A stretch of DNA of 32,000 bases. Origin: Geobacter sulfurreducens PCA. GTDB lineage: Bacteria; Desulfobacterota; Desulfuromonadia; Geobacterales; Geobacteraceae. Shown piece by piece: positions 23,486 to 31,446 of this stretch (position 1 is its first letter; each line of letters starts with the position of its first letter). A program made the translations under genes and the position numbers. Below the pieces are notes generated by a model. The model saw only the letters and a program-made list of their open reading frames with translations. It was not told the DNA's origin and made no database searches. The DNA is taken from assembly GCF_000007985.2 (NCBI RefSeq), contig NC_002939.5:3150001-3182000 (forward strand), written 5' to 3'.

Positions 23486-23560
23486 AACTGCCCACAGAAT
23501 GACAGATGCCTTCAAAAATTCGACACACGCGAGTGTCCTCACGGGGTTATGGTTGCCGTG

Positions 23561-23610
23561 CGCAAAGAAAACACAACGGCCCGGTCATCTTCGCGATAAG
23601 ACCGGGCCGT
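23561..23610 (-). terminator. Rho-independent terminator downstream of the radical SAM gene
   Basis: Perfect 11-bp stem ACGGCCCGGTC (23576-23586) / GACCGGGCCGT (23600-23610) with a 13-nt loop. The minus strand continues UGUGUUUUCUUUGCG. Confidence 0.75.
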
Positions 23611-23646
23611 GAAAAGCCGTGTCCGGGGGAACAGTGGCGGGGACGA

Positions 23647-25158
23647 TCAGGGGATCGGCGCCACCGCGTGGGGATGGGCTGCGCCCGTGCGCTCGCCGAC
23701 CGCGCGCAGCAGCGCCTTTACCTCGGCCGGCATCTCCTTTCCCTCCTTGAGCATGGCCCGCATCTGGCCGGCCAGGTAGGAATGATTGATGAGGAGATCC
23801 AGTACCGAGAGCATGAATTCCTGCTTCCATGCCGATAGCTGGTGCAGATTCTGGAATTTGTGCATGAAAAACTGCTGGGACGCCTTGCCGAGTTGGCGCT
23901 CCAGCTCTTCCAGGGTCATGTGCTTCGGCTTGATGACCGGCTCCACCAGGTTGTACTTGCGGTAGTCCTTGGTGGCCACGTACTCCTCCAGTTGGGGATA
24001 GAGCTCGGCGTAGGGCCAGGGCGCTATGGCCAGGAAAAAGGCCATGTCAGGATTGTAGTGCTTGGCCAGCTCAATGGTCTGGGCAATGGATTCCGGCGTA
24101 TCGTCGGGCATGCCGAGCACGAAGGAGGTTTCCGAGACGATGTCGGCGTTGTTGATCAGGTCGATAGCCTGCTTGGACTGCTCCACCTGGGTGTCCTTCT
24201 TGAAAAGGTCCAGGGTCTCCTGGGTGCCGGCCTCCACCCCCACGTAGATATGCTCGACGCCCCCTTCCCGGTACCTGTCCATAATGTCCGCATCACGCAG
24301 GATGTCGTCCACCCTCGTTTCCATGAGGAGCTTGACCGGAACCTGCCGCTCGATCATCAGGTCCAGGATGCGGACCCATCGCTGCCGGTCAAAGGTGGGA
24401 ATCTCGTCCGAAAGCATGGCCACCTGGACGCCGTGCACGGTGTGGAGCATCTCAAGCTCCGCCACGAAGTTCTCGGCGGAGCGGGCCCGCCACGACTGTG
24501 ACCAGAAGAGCTGCTGGGAACAAAAGGAGCACTGCTGCTTGCACCCCCGGGACGAGGAGACGATGGCGAGCCGGGCGTCGTTCTTTGCCCGGTAGGTGTA
24601 AATGGGCCATTCCACCAGATCCCAGGCCATGGGGAGCCCGTCAAGGTCGTGAATGTACGGCGCCCGCGGCGTTACCACCACGCCGCCGTCCCGCCGGAAG
24701 GCGAGCCCTTCCACCTTGTACGGATCGTCTCCGGCATTGAGGCAGGTACAGAGCCGGGGCAGCGTTACTTCACCCTCGCCCCGGACGATGAAGTCGACGG
24801 CGTCGTGGTCATGGGCGAGGATCTCGTCGTAGCAGAAGGTGGCGTGCACATTGCCGAGCACGGTCACGATGCCGGGATCGATCTCCTTGGCGAAGCGCAG
24901 CAGCCTGATCGCGTCGACGATGGACGCGGTGAAGGCGGTGGTGGCCACCACGTCGGGGCGGAACGCCTCGATCCGCCTCCTGATGTCGGGCCACGTGTGC
25001 CACAGGGACATGGCATCATAGTAATCGACCTCATACCCCGCTGCCCTGAGAGACCCGGCGATGTAGACAAATCCGACATTAAGCCAGGTGCCGGCTGATT
25101 CCACGACCCCCGAGTGATAGGGGGGCGTGATGAGCGCCACACGCTTTATTTTTTTCAT
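23647..25158 (-). CDS. B12-binding (class B) radical SAM enzyme
   Basis: ORF track 23647..25161 starts at a TTG; the ATG at 25158 is preceded by GAGGAG at 6 nt. The N-terminal cobalamin-binding-like Rossmann part reads KRVALITPPY...GYEVDYYDA...PDVVATTAFTAS...FIVRGEGE. The radical SAM cluster motif is SSRGCKQQCSFC (CxxxCxxC). Confidence 0.9.
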   Translation of the reverse strand: MKKIKRVALITPPYHSGVVESAGTWLNVGFVYIAGSLRAAGYEVDYYDAMSLWHTWPDIRRRIEAFRPDVVATTAFTASIVDAIRLLRFAKEIDPGIVTVLGNVHATFCYDEILAHDHDAVDFIVRGEGEVTLPRLCTCLNAGDDPYKVEGLAFRRDGGVVVTPRAPYIHDLDGLPMAWDLVEWPIYTYRAKNDARLAIVSSSRGCKQQCSFCSQQLFWSQSWRARSAENFVAELEMLHTVHGVQVAMLSDEIPTFDRQRWVRILDLMIERQVPVKLLMETRVDDILRDADIMDRYREGGVEHIYVGVEAGTQETLDLFKKDTQVEQSKQAIDLINNADIVSETSFVLGMPDDTPESIAQTIELAKHYNPDMAFFLAIAPWPYAELYPQLEEYVATKDYRKYNLVEPVIKPKHMTLEELERQLGKASQQFFMHKFQNLHQLSAWKQEFMLSVLDLLINHSYLAGQMRAMLKEGKEMPAEVKALLRAVGERTGAAHPHAVAPIP

Positions 25159-25417
25159 CAATAGCTCCTCTATTCCATAACAGGCGGAAACCGCAACGGG
25201 TTGCCTAAAGCAAAAAATGGACCGCGTTTAATAAAAATTCAAAAATCCCACATTCCTCACCAGAACACAACGATTTTCTCCAAAAGGAACTGCAGTGCGG
25301 TTCCGGTGGAGTCACGGCAAAAAAACGTCATTTAGCCGGGTCGTCGAAAGACTGGGAGGCTGTTCGCGGATGAAGCCGCCGGATGCGTCACTGACCTGCC
25401 GTACACGCGGCCATGCC

Positions 25418-25771
25418 TCAATGGAATACCATGCCGTACACGCACAGATAACCGGCGCCGAACGCGGCAAACAGGACCAGGTGCTTGATGATGAGCATCC
25501 GGCGGCGGACCTTCTCCGCATCGGGTCCGTACCAGTTCTCCACATAGGTGAAGGTCCGGCCGGCGCCCGTGGCCATGATCACCACCATGGCAACGACGCT
25601 GGCCCAGAAGAAGATATGCTCCAGCCGGTTGAGAATCGCAACGATCTCCGCGGCCTGCCCGCCGTGCATCCGGTGGATCAGGACAATGGCGGCAATGGCG
25701 GCAAGCCAGATGCCGGCCGCGAAGTCATGGACAAAGCCGTTGAGAATCACTGCTGCATTTTTCACGTTCAT
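25418..25771 (-). CDS. Small His-rich integral membrane protein (about 4 TM), function unknown
   Basis: 117 aa with an ATG preceded by AAGAGG at 6 nt, 36 nt downstream of ccsA copy 2. Hydrophobic segments are AAGIWLAAIAAIVLI, IFFWASVVAMVVIMATGA and HLVLFAAFGAGYLCVYGMVF. His residues occur at FVHDF, IHRMHGG, LEHIF, IKHLV and at the C-terminal H. Confidence 0.7.
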   Translation of the reverse strand: MNVKNAAVILNGFVHDFAAGIWLAAIAAIVLIHRMHGGQAAEIVAILNRLEHIFFWASVVAMVVIMATGAGRTFTYVENWYGPDAEKVRRRMLIIKHLVLFAAFGAGYLCVYGMVFH

Positions 25772-25807
25772 GCAAGGCCTCTTTCTGAAGGCAGGGTCGC
25801 CGGATCT

Positions 25808-26635
25808 CTACTTGAAATACTCCGAATGGATCGACGAACCGATGAGCGGCGTAAAGAGGAGCGAAATCACCGAGAGAACGAAGCAGATCAGGTAGAGGTA
25901 GGCCGCCCGCTCACCGTTCCAGCCGAAGAAACGGCGCAGGTGGAGGTAAATGCCGAAGGCGATCCATGTCATGAGGGACCAGGTCTCCACCGGATCCCAG
26001 CCCCAGAAACGCCCCCACGACTGGTATGCCCAGATGCTTCCGGCCACCATGGCGATACCCCAGAAGGTGAAGCTGAAGCCGGCAAAACGAAATGACAGGA
26101 TATCGAGGATCTCCAGTTCGGGGAGCCGCTGGAGCCAGGAGATCCCGGTCCGCTTCCGGAGAAGGTAGAAGAGGGAGAACGCCAGGGCCACCAGCAGGGT
26201 GAAGAGCGATATCTTGTAGAAGATCACGTGCAGGACGAGCCAGACGCTCCTCAGCGTGGGGGGGAGCATCTTGGCCTGGGGCTCGATGAACAGGCCCACG
26301 GCGATCATGAGGAAGGTGACCGGGAAAACCAGGATGCTCGCCGCCTTGATGCGGGGGAAAAAGCGTGAGGATGCCATGAACAGGGCCAGCACGGCCCAGG
26401 CGTGGGAGGAGAGGACCTCGAACCGGCCGATGTAGGGGCCGTGGCCGACGATCTTCCACCACCAGAGGATGCCGATCCCGTGCACCAGGAGCCCCCCGAG
26501 CACCAGGGCCTCGCTGACGGCAACGGCGCGCTCCTTGCGGAACATGAGGCCCGATACGTTGAAGATGGTGGCGATGACGTAGACAACCACCGCTACCCAG
26601 TGAATTATGGTGATGTGTGCAAAGGATGAATCCAT
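25808..26635 (-). CDS. ccsA: Cytochrome c biogenesis protein CcsA/ResC, copy 2
   Basis: 275 aa, collinear with 5692..6525 and more than half identical by eye. It has WGRFWGWDPVETW, GHGPY and YLHLRRFF. The ATG is preceded by AAGGAG. Confidence 0.9.
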   Translation of the reverse strand: MDSSFAHITIIHWVAVVVYVIATIFNVSGLMFRKERAVAVSEALVLGGLLVHGIGILWWWKIVGHGPYIGRFEVLSSHAWAVLALFMASSRFFPRIKAASILVFPVTFLMIAVGLFIEPQAKMLPPTLRSVWLVLHVIFYKISLFTLLVALAFSLFYLLRKRTGISWLQRLPELEILDILSFRFAGFSFTFWGIAMVAGSIWAYQSWGRFWGWDPVETWSLMTWIAFGIYLHLRRFFGWNGERAAYLYLICFVLSVISLLFTPLIGSSIHSEYFK

Positions 26636-26682
26636 GAGTACTCCTTACCCCTGTGTGAACGTGTGGCCGCGCCGTACGCGGC

Positions 26683-28026
26683 TCATCCCCGATGCCCCCC
26701 GCCCGGTACCCGGTCCCCGCCGGCTGCCTCGTCCGCCGGCAGGCACTCGCGGCAGATGCGCTCGAACTCCTCCCGGTAGAGCTCCGCGAACCGGGGGGCA
26801 CGCCAGGCGAGCCGGCATCCCTCCCCCTCCTTCACGGCCAGGAGCTCGCGGGGCGGGGACAGGTAACTCATCCCCCCGCCGAGGGCAATGACCAGAAAGG
26901 CGAAGAATATTCCTTCCATGCCCGTGGTATCGATAAAAATGATGCCGCCCCACCACTCCGACTTTACGAGAGTGACGGGATGGCCGCCAAGGGTCCCGGA
27001 CGCGCCGGCGGTGAGGGAGAGTTCCTCCACCACCTTCCCCGCCTTCACCAGTTGCAGCAGGAGCAGGGGGTTGTCACCCACGGGCGCCCGCCGGTCACTG
27101 TCGGGATAGTATTTGGCCCTGATCGTCGACGAGGTCCAGGGGACCGTAAAGTCCTTGAACGGGGCGTCGTCGCCGGTGAAGCGGCTGTCGACCATGAAGA
27201 TATCGCCCTGCCAGGCCCCGTTCGCATCCTGAAATCCCACGTAGAAGGCCCTGCCGAACGACTTGCCCTGGAAGACCCTGATCCCGCTGTGCCGGATCGT
27301 CTTGTTGACATGCATGGAGTAGGGGCTGTTCCGGCCGTCCGGGCCGATGAACGTGAAATCGGTCGTGAGCTGCTTGAGATTGCCGTTGGGCCAGAACTCG
27401 GGGACCACACGGTCGAGACGCACCGCCTCGGGAAGCGCGAATGTCCCCGCCAGCAGCCCCATATCCTGCCGTGTCCACGGATCCCCCACTCCGTGGACCT
27501 CCCCTTCCAGGAGATCGACCGACCCCCGCTTTTCATAGAGGAGGATGACAAGCGATGCAGCCACTGCCGCGACAATGCCCAGATGGAGCAGGACATTGCC
27601 CCAGTAGCCCCAGGGATTCTTTACGAGGCGGATCGAATCGCCATCGGAGCGGACCCGGAGATAGCCCAGCCTGCCGGCAGCGGCGGCAACCGTTTCCGGA
27701 GCGCAGGCAAGGACCAGGCTTTTGCCGCCGACCCCCCCTTCCCGGGTCAGCCGGAGCGCGCGCGTGAACTGCTCCCAGGTGGAGAAGAGCAGCGAAACCA
27801 TGAACAGCGCCAGGAGGACCGCAAACCAGGGCGACGTGTACACGTGGTCCAGTGCCAGCGTGCGCGAAAGGGTTGCGAGAAAGGGGTGGTCAAGCGCCCA
27901 CCGGTCCATGCCCGCCGGAGAGAGCAGGAACCGCTGGGGGAAGAGATAGCCGACAACCACCGCTCCCAGCACCAGGATGATCAGGGTCAGAACCGTTGAG
28001 CGGGCAAGAAAGAAACGTTTGATCAT
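26683..28026 (-). CDS. resB: Cytochrome c biogenesis protein ResB/CcsB, copy 2
   Basis: ORF track 26683..28185. The conserved ResB N-terminus MIKRFFLARSTVLTLIILVLGAVVVGYLFPQ aligns with copy 1 (MDIRRFFLSRTTVITLIAL...), so the start is at the ATG at 28026, or possibly 28041. The 53 Arg-rich codons upstream look non-coding. NPWGYWGNVLLHLGIVAAV is conserved. Confidence 0.85.
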   Translation of the reverse strand: MIKRFFLARSTVLTLIILVLGAVVVGYLFPQRFLLSPAGMDRWALDHPFLATLSRTLALDHVYTSPWFAVLLALFMVSLLFSTWEQFTRALRLTREGGVGGKSLVLACAPETVAAAAGRLGYLRVRSDGDSIRLVKNPWGYWGNVLLHLGIVAAVAASLVILLYEKRGSVDLLEGEVHGVGDPWTRQDMGLLAGTFALPEAVRLDRVVPEFWPNGNLKQLTTDFTFIGPDGRNSPYSMHVNKTIRHSGIRVFQGKSFGRAFYVGFQDANGAWQGDIFMVDSRFTGDDAPFKDFTVPWTSSTIRAKYYPDSDRRAPVGDNPLLLLQLVKAGKVVEELSLTAGASGTLGGHPVTLVKSEWWGGIIFIDTTGMEGIFFAFLVIALGGGMSYLSPPRELLAVKEGEGCRLAWRAPRFAELYREEFERICRECLPADEAAGGDRVPGGGHRG

Positions 28027-28117
28027 ATCCTCAACCTGCATCGGGCGGCACGGGCCGCCAACGGACCACGCACGGAAGAATCCGGCGCGGAGGCACAGTA
28101 CCCTCCGCCAGGAGCTC

Positions 28118-28309
28118 CTACCCCGCGCCCTCCCGCTTCGCCTTCTCCAGCAGGGCCGCGACCGATGCCCCCTCCTGACCGGCATCGATGATCATGTCGG
28201 CCACCAGGGCGGCACAGGTGCACATGGCCTCGCCGGTACCGAGCATCCTGTCGGATATCCGCTCCCCGGACCCGTCAGCGGCCCGCATTCGTTCGAGTAA
28301 TCTTATCAT
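28118..28309 (-). CDS. Hypothetical small protein (63 codons; uncertain)
   Basis: It fills the gap between the luxE-like stop and the resB start and overlaps the luxE-like 3' end by 35 nt. The distal two thirds have GC-rich third positions. It contains EAMCTCAALVADMIIDAGQEGASVAALLEK. The SD is weak and the start is uncertain (internal ATGs at 28288 and 28246). Confidence 0.3.
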   Translation of the reverse strand: MIRLLERMRAADGSGERISDRMLGTGEAMCTCAALVADMIIDAGQEGASVAALLEKAKREGAG

Positions 28310-29498
28310 GGAGCTTACCCACCTTTTTGAGACTTCGTTTCAACAGGAACTCGATAATGGGGGTCATGAAGCGGGGGCCGTGGGCCTGCTTGATGGCCTC
28401 GGTTTCCAGCTCCCAGGAGGTTTTCTTCCAGCGGCCGATGATCTCGAAGCCGCCGGGGGTCATGAATCCCACGTTGTCGGTCTGGACGGCCACCACCATC
28501 CCCCGGTTGACCAGGTCGTAGTGGCGCAGCAGCCCCGGATCGCCGTCGGGTACCGGTTCGAGCGTCTCCACGTCCACCACCCGGGTCCGGGTCCAGGGTG
28601 GAACGACCTTGGCCCTGGCAAGGGGACGTCCGGCCAGGTGATCCTTCAGGACATTATCGAAAAAGTTGGTGCTCACCTCGCCCATGCCGAGGACGTTCAC
28701 GCAGTGGTGCTCGTCCACCTGGAGGATCTCCGCTGATTTGAGATAGAACTCCTCCCGGGAGCACTCCCCGAACTGGGCCAGATAGCCGCCGCCGTCGCAG
28801 AGGCGGCTGCCCGGGGGAAGCCGGAACCGGACCCCGTCCCGCTCACAGGCATTCATGAAATAGACGAAACCGGCGGTCGACCCGATGATGACGATCGGCT
28901 CCCCGGTCCGTTCCGCCTCCATGAGCGCGGACAGGAGAAAGGCCAGGTCCAGGCCCCGGCGGTCGATGAGGTAGCGGCTGTCGGGGGAGCCGAACATCCG
29001 CCGCACCACATCCAGCCCCACCGCCATCCCCATGCCCGGCGCGATGTCGGGGGAGGGAACCATGAGGAACATGCGCATCCGGTCCACGTCGGGGAACACG
29101 TACTCCCTGGTGAGGAGGCCGTTGGCCGCATTGATGAGGGTCACCCCCGCCGGGTCCCGCAGTATCTTCCCCTTGTTCAGGGGGTCGGTGGTGCCGCTGG
29201 TGAAGTAGCGCTGCTCCGCCCGCTCCGCCGGAAACGAGGTCATGACGAACTTCTTGAAGGCCATGGACGGGACCGCCGGGATATCCTCCCACCGCTCCAC
29301 CTTTCCGGGCGACCTCCCCTTGTCGAGACAGAAGCGGCGGTAGGGCTCCACCGTATTGAACTGGAGCTCGAAGCAGCGCAGCGCCAGGTCGTTGAATCCG
29401 TCCTCGTCACGGTTTTCCAGCCCCTTTTCCACGTAGGAGAGGATGTCCCGGTCCAGTTCCCGGACAAAGTCGGATTCGAGCGAGTAGTCTTTCAACAA
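28275..29498 (-). CDS. LuxE/PaaK-like adenylate-forming enzyme (acyl-protein synthetase family)
   Basis: 407 aa with a TTG start preceded by AAGGAG at 5 nt. It has the adenylation P-loop-like YFTSGTTDPLNKGK. From memory, the N-terminal region (FNDLALRCFELQFNTVEPYRRFC) and the overall length resemble LuxE-family proteins. Confidence 0.75.
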   Translation of the reverse strand: MLKDYSLESDFVRELDRDILSYVEKGLENRDEDGFNDLALRCFELQFNTVEPYRRFCLDKGRSPGKVERWEDIPAVPSMAFKKFVMTSFPAERAEQRYFTSGTTDPLNKGKILRDPAGVTLINAANGLLTREYVFPDVDRMRMFLMVPSPDIAPGMGMAVGLDVVRRMFGSPDSRYLIDRRGLDLAFLLSALMEAERTGEPIVIIGSTAGFVYFMNACERDGVRFRLPPGSRLCDGGGYLAQFGECSREEFYLKSAEILQVDEHHCVNVLGMGEVSTNFFDNVLKDHLAGRPLARAKVVPPWTRTRVVDVETLEPVPDGDPGLLRHYDLVNRGMVVAVQTDNVGFMTPGGFEIIGRWKKTSWELETEAIKQAHGPRFMTPIIEFLLKRSLKKVGKLHDKITRTNAGR

Positions 29499-29558
29499 AT
29501 GATCTCCTTCCGCGGCACGCTTGGCAAGCCGACCTGCGTCAGCAAGGGCGGAGCGCGC

Positions 29559-29587
29559 ATCATAAATCGTTAGTCAAAATTTCCCAA
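29559..29587 (-). promoter_or_regulatory. Candidate sigma70 promoter for the luxE-like/resB/ccsA/rSAM operon
   Basis: Minus strand: -35 TTGGGA (29587-29582), 17-nt spacer, -10 TATGAT (29564-29559), about 55-60 nt upstream of the TTG start. Confidence 0.35.
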
Positions 29588-29930
29588 CACTTTTATCTTC
29601 CATCGCAGCGCTGCCGGCAGGCCAACGACCGGGACAGACAGCTCCGCCGCTGATACTGCCACGTGATTTCGCGTACAGGCCGGCGAATAGCCTCAGGTGA
29701 TCGAACGTGCCAAAAATCGACCCGAATAACCGGATTACTGCCGATGCGAGCCACAAAGTCACCGCTGTTTCACCGCAAATGAGGCCCATTATGCAAAAGC
29801 ACCAATTAAAAGCAAAGAATATACCAGACTCAATGCAGAGCCTTGCCCGCACTCCGTTCCCGGCCCCGAGCCCGCGGCAGGCCGCCCGCATTCGCTGCGG
29901 CGGCCGCGGCACCTTCAACCTGCCCACGAT

Positions 29931-29946
29931 TGGTACATTTCTGGCA
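29931..29946 (+). promoter_or_regulatory. Candidate sigma54 (-24/-12) promoter for the Sel1-repeat gene
   Basis: TGGTAC-ATTTC-TGGCA with correct GG/GC spacing, about 150 nt upstream of the ATG at 30098. Confidence 0.35.
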
Positions 29947-30053
29947 ATGATGTGCGAATCCGGACGAATCGTTGTCCGGCAAGGCGAAAAAGGGGCCCGT
30001 GCCGCCCCGGAGCTCCGCGGCAACGCGGGCAAACCCACTCTGGCGCGGGAACA

Positions 30054-30095
30054 GACAGACATCACCGGAGGAAAGACAGACATCACCGGAGGAAA
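30054..30095 (+). repeat. Perfect 2 x 21-bp tandem duplication containing the Shine-Dalgarno sequence
   Basis: GACAGACATCACCGGAGGAAA occurs twice (30054-30074 and 30075-30095), ending 2 nt before the ATG at 30098. Confidence 0.95.
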
Positions 30096-30097
30096 GC

Positions 30098-30835
30098 ATG
30101 CTGAATCGCACCACAAGAAAGATCGCCCTGGTTACCGGCCTGTCCCTGGCTCTTGCCCTTCCGTCGCTGTCATGGGCAGATTTTGCCGCCGGGCAGCAGG
30201 CATTCCGGAACGGCGACTATGAGACGGCGTTGCGGGAGTACAGGGAGGACGGGGGCGCCCAGGCCTGTTACCGGATCGGAACCCTCTACGACAACGGGTT
30301 CGGGGTCCCCGAAAACAAGCAGGAGGCCCTGAAGTGGTACCACAAGGCGGCAGATCTCGGCCTGGACCAGGCACAGCACCGGATCGGAGAAATGTACGAC
30401 AACGGGCGCGGCGTCGAAGAGAACCCGGTCACCGCCCTGAGCTGGTATCTGAAGGCTGCCGAGCAGGGAATGGCGATCGCCCAGTTCAAGGTGGGCGACA
30501 TGTATTACACCGGAAAGGGGGTCAAACAGGACGTGGCGCTGGGGGTCAAATGGCTGCAGCAGGCGGCCAAGATGGGAAACATCAGGGCCCAGTACGAAAT
30601 AGCGACCATGTACGAGACGGGCAGGGAGCTGAAAAAGGACATCTCCGAGGCGGCGAAGTGGTATCTCCGGGCAGCGGAGCAGGGGCACAGCAGGGCCCAG
30701 TACACCATTGCGCTCCTTTTCCTCAAGGGCGAAGGCGTCAGGCAGGATCGGGCGGAAGCCGTGAAATGGCTGCGCAAGGCCGCGGAAGGCGGGCACACCA
30801 AAGCCCAAATGGACCTGGCAAGCCTGAGCCAGTAA
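30098..30835 (+). CDS. Secreted Sel1-like (SLR/TPR-family) repeat protein
   Basis: ORF track 29972..30835. The ATG at 30098 is preceded by GGAGGAAAG and gives the signal peptide MLNRTTRKIALVTGLSLALALPSLSWA. Six to seven repeats of the Sel1 pattern follow (A.KWY.KAAEQG...AQ..LG.MY..G.GV..D). Confidence 0.9.
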   Translation: MLNRTTRKIALVTGLSLALALPSLSWADFAAGQQAFRNGDYETALREYREDGGAQACYRIGTLYDNGFGVPENKQEALKWYHKAADLGLDQAQHRIGEMYDNGRGVEENPVTALSWYLKAAEQGMAIAQFKVGDMYYTGKGVKQDVALGVKWLQQAAKMGNIRAQYEIATMYETGRELKKDISEAAKWYLRAAEQGHSRAQYTIALLFLKGEGVRQDRAEAVKWLRKAAEGGHTKAQMDLASLSQ

Positions 30836-30863
30836 ATGGGACTGAACGGGGTTCTGCTGCCGG

Positions 30864-31397
30864 CTACGGGCCGCTGAAGGAGCAGGTGCCGGCTTCAATG
30901 CAGCCGTCACCCAGGCTGTCGCCGACCCGGACGCAGCCGGCCACCCCCCAGGGCCTGATCTTCAACAGATAGCCATACCCGTGGTCACGGCAGAACGTGG
31001 ACTGCCGTGCCGCCGCATACAGAGGCACCGACCCGCTGTCCGCGCAGGAAAACCAGTTCCTGCTCCTGTCGCTGACAATGTACATGTCGGCACTGGGGCA
31101 GTAGTAGGTGATATCGTCCTGGTTAAAGAGCTGGTCCTCGATGGTCCCGACGGGGGTGCACACCCCGGGCCAGAGGTCATTGGCGGTCCCCTCGGGGCAG
31201 CAGCGCCCGTTTTTCTGCAACACCAGCCCATCCCCGCAGAGCGGGTTGCCCTTGCCGTCATCGGTGGCATCCAGGGCAGATGGCGGCACGACCGGTTTGA
31301 CGAAATTCACCACTCCCGCTCCGGCGGCAGAGGCGCGCGTCGCAGGCCCCCACAGGCCGACAGCCAGCAGACAAACCAGTGTGAACGGAATCCTCAT
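30864..31397 (-). CDS. Secreted Cys-rich hypothetical protein
   Basis: ORF track 30864..31607. The ATG at 31397 is preceded by GGGAGG at 8 nt and gives the signal peptide MRIPFTLVCLLAVGLWGPATRASA. The mature part has about 11 Cys, and I recognise no family. Confidence 0.65.
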   Translation of the reverse strand: MRIPFTLVCLLAVGLWGPATRASAAGAGVVNFVKPVVPPSALDATDDGKGNPLCGDGLVLQKNGRCCPEGTANDLWPGVCTPVGTIEDQLFNQDDITYYCPSADMYIVSDRSRNWFSCADSGSVPLYAAARQSTFCRDHGYGYLLKIRPWGVAGCVRVGDSLGDGCIEAGTCSFSGP

Positions 31398-31446
31398 CTC
31401 CAGCACCTCCCTCGGCGTCTCCGTTTCCGTCAGCGGGAACACGCTG

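Noticed and set aside
25191-25207. Sigma54-like sequence AGGCAAC-CCG-TTGCG on the minus strand upstream of the radical SAM gene.
   Set aside because: The GG-to-GC spacing is one nucleotide short of the strict -24/-12 spacing.
28027-28185. N-terminal 53-codon extension of ResB copy 2 (MPVRRGHRSRPCWRRRSGRARG...).
   Set aside because: It is Arg-rich and unlike the N-terminus of ResB copy 1. The conserved ResB N-terminus begins at the ATG at 28026.
29574-30222. ORFs 29574-30116 (-), 29830-30114 (-) and 29707-30222 (+), and the upstream extension 29972-30097 of the Sel1 ORF.
   Set aside because: They have no SD and an odd composition. The repeated peptide (FPPVMSV twice, or RQTSPEE twice) is just the 21-bp tandem DNA repeat read in frame. 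The Sel1 protein has a proper signal peptide and SD at the ATG at 30098.
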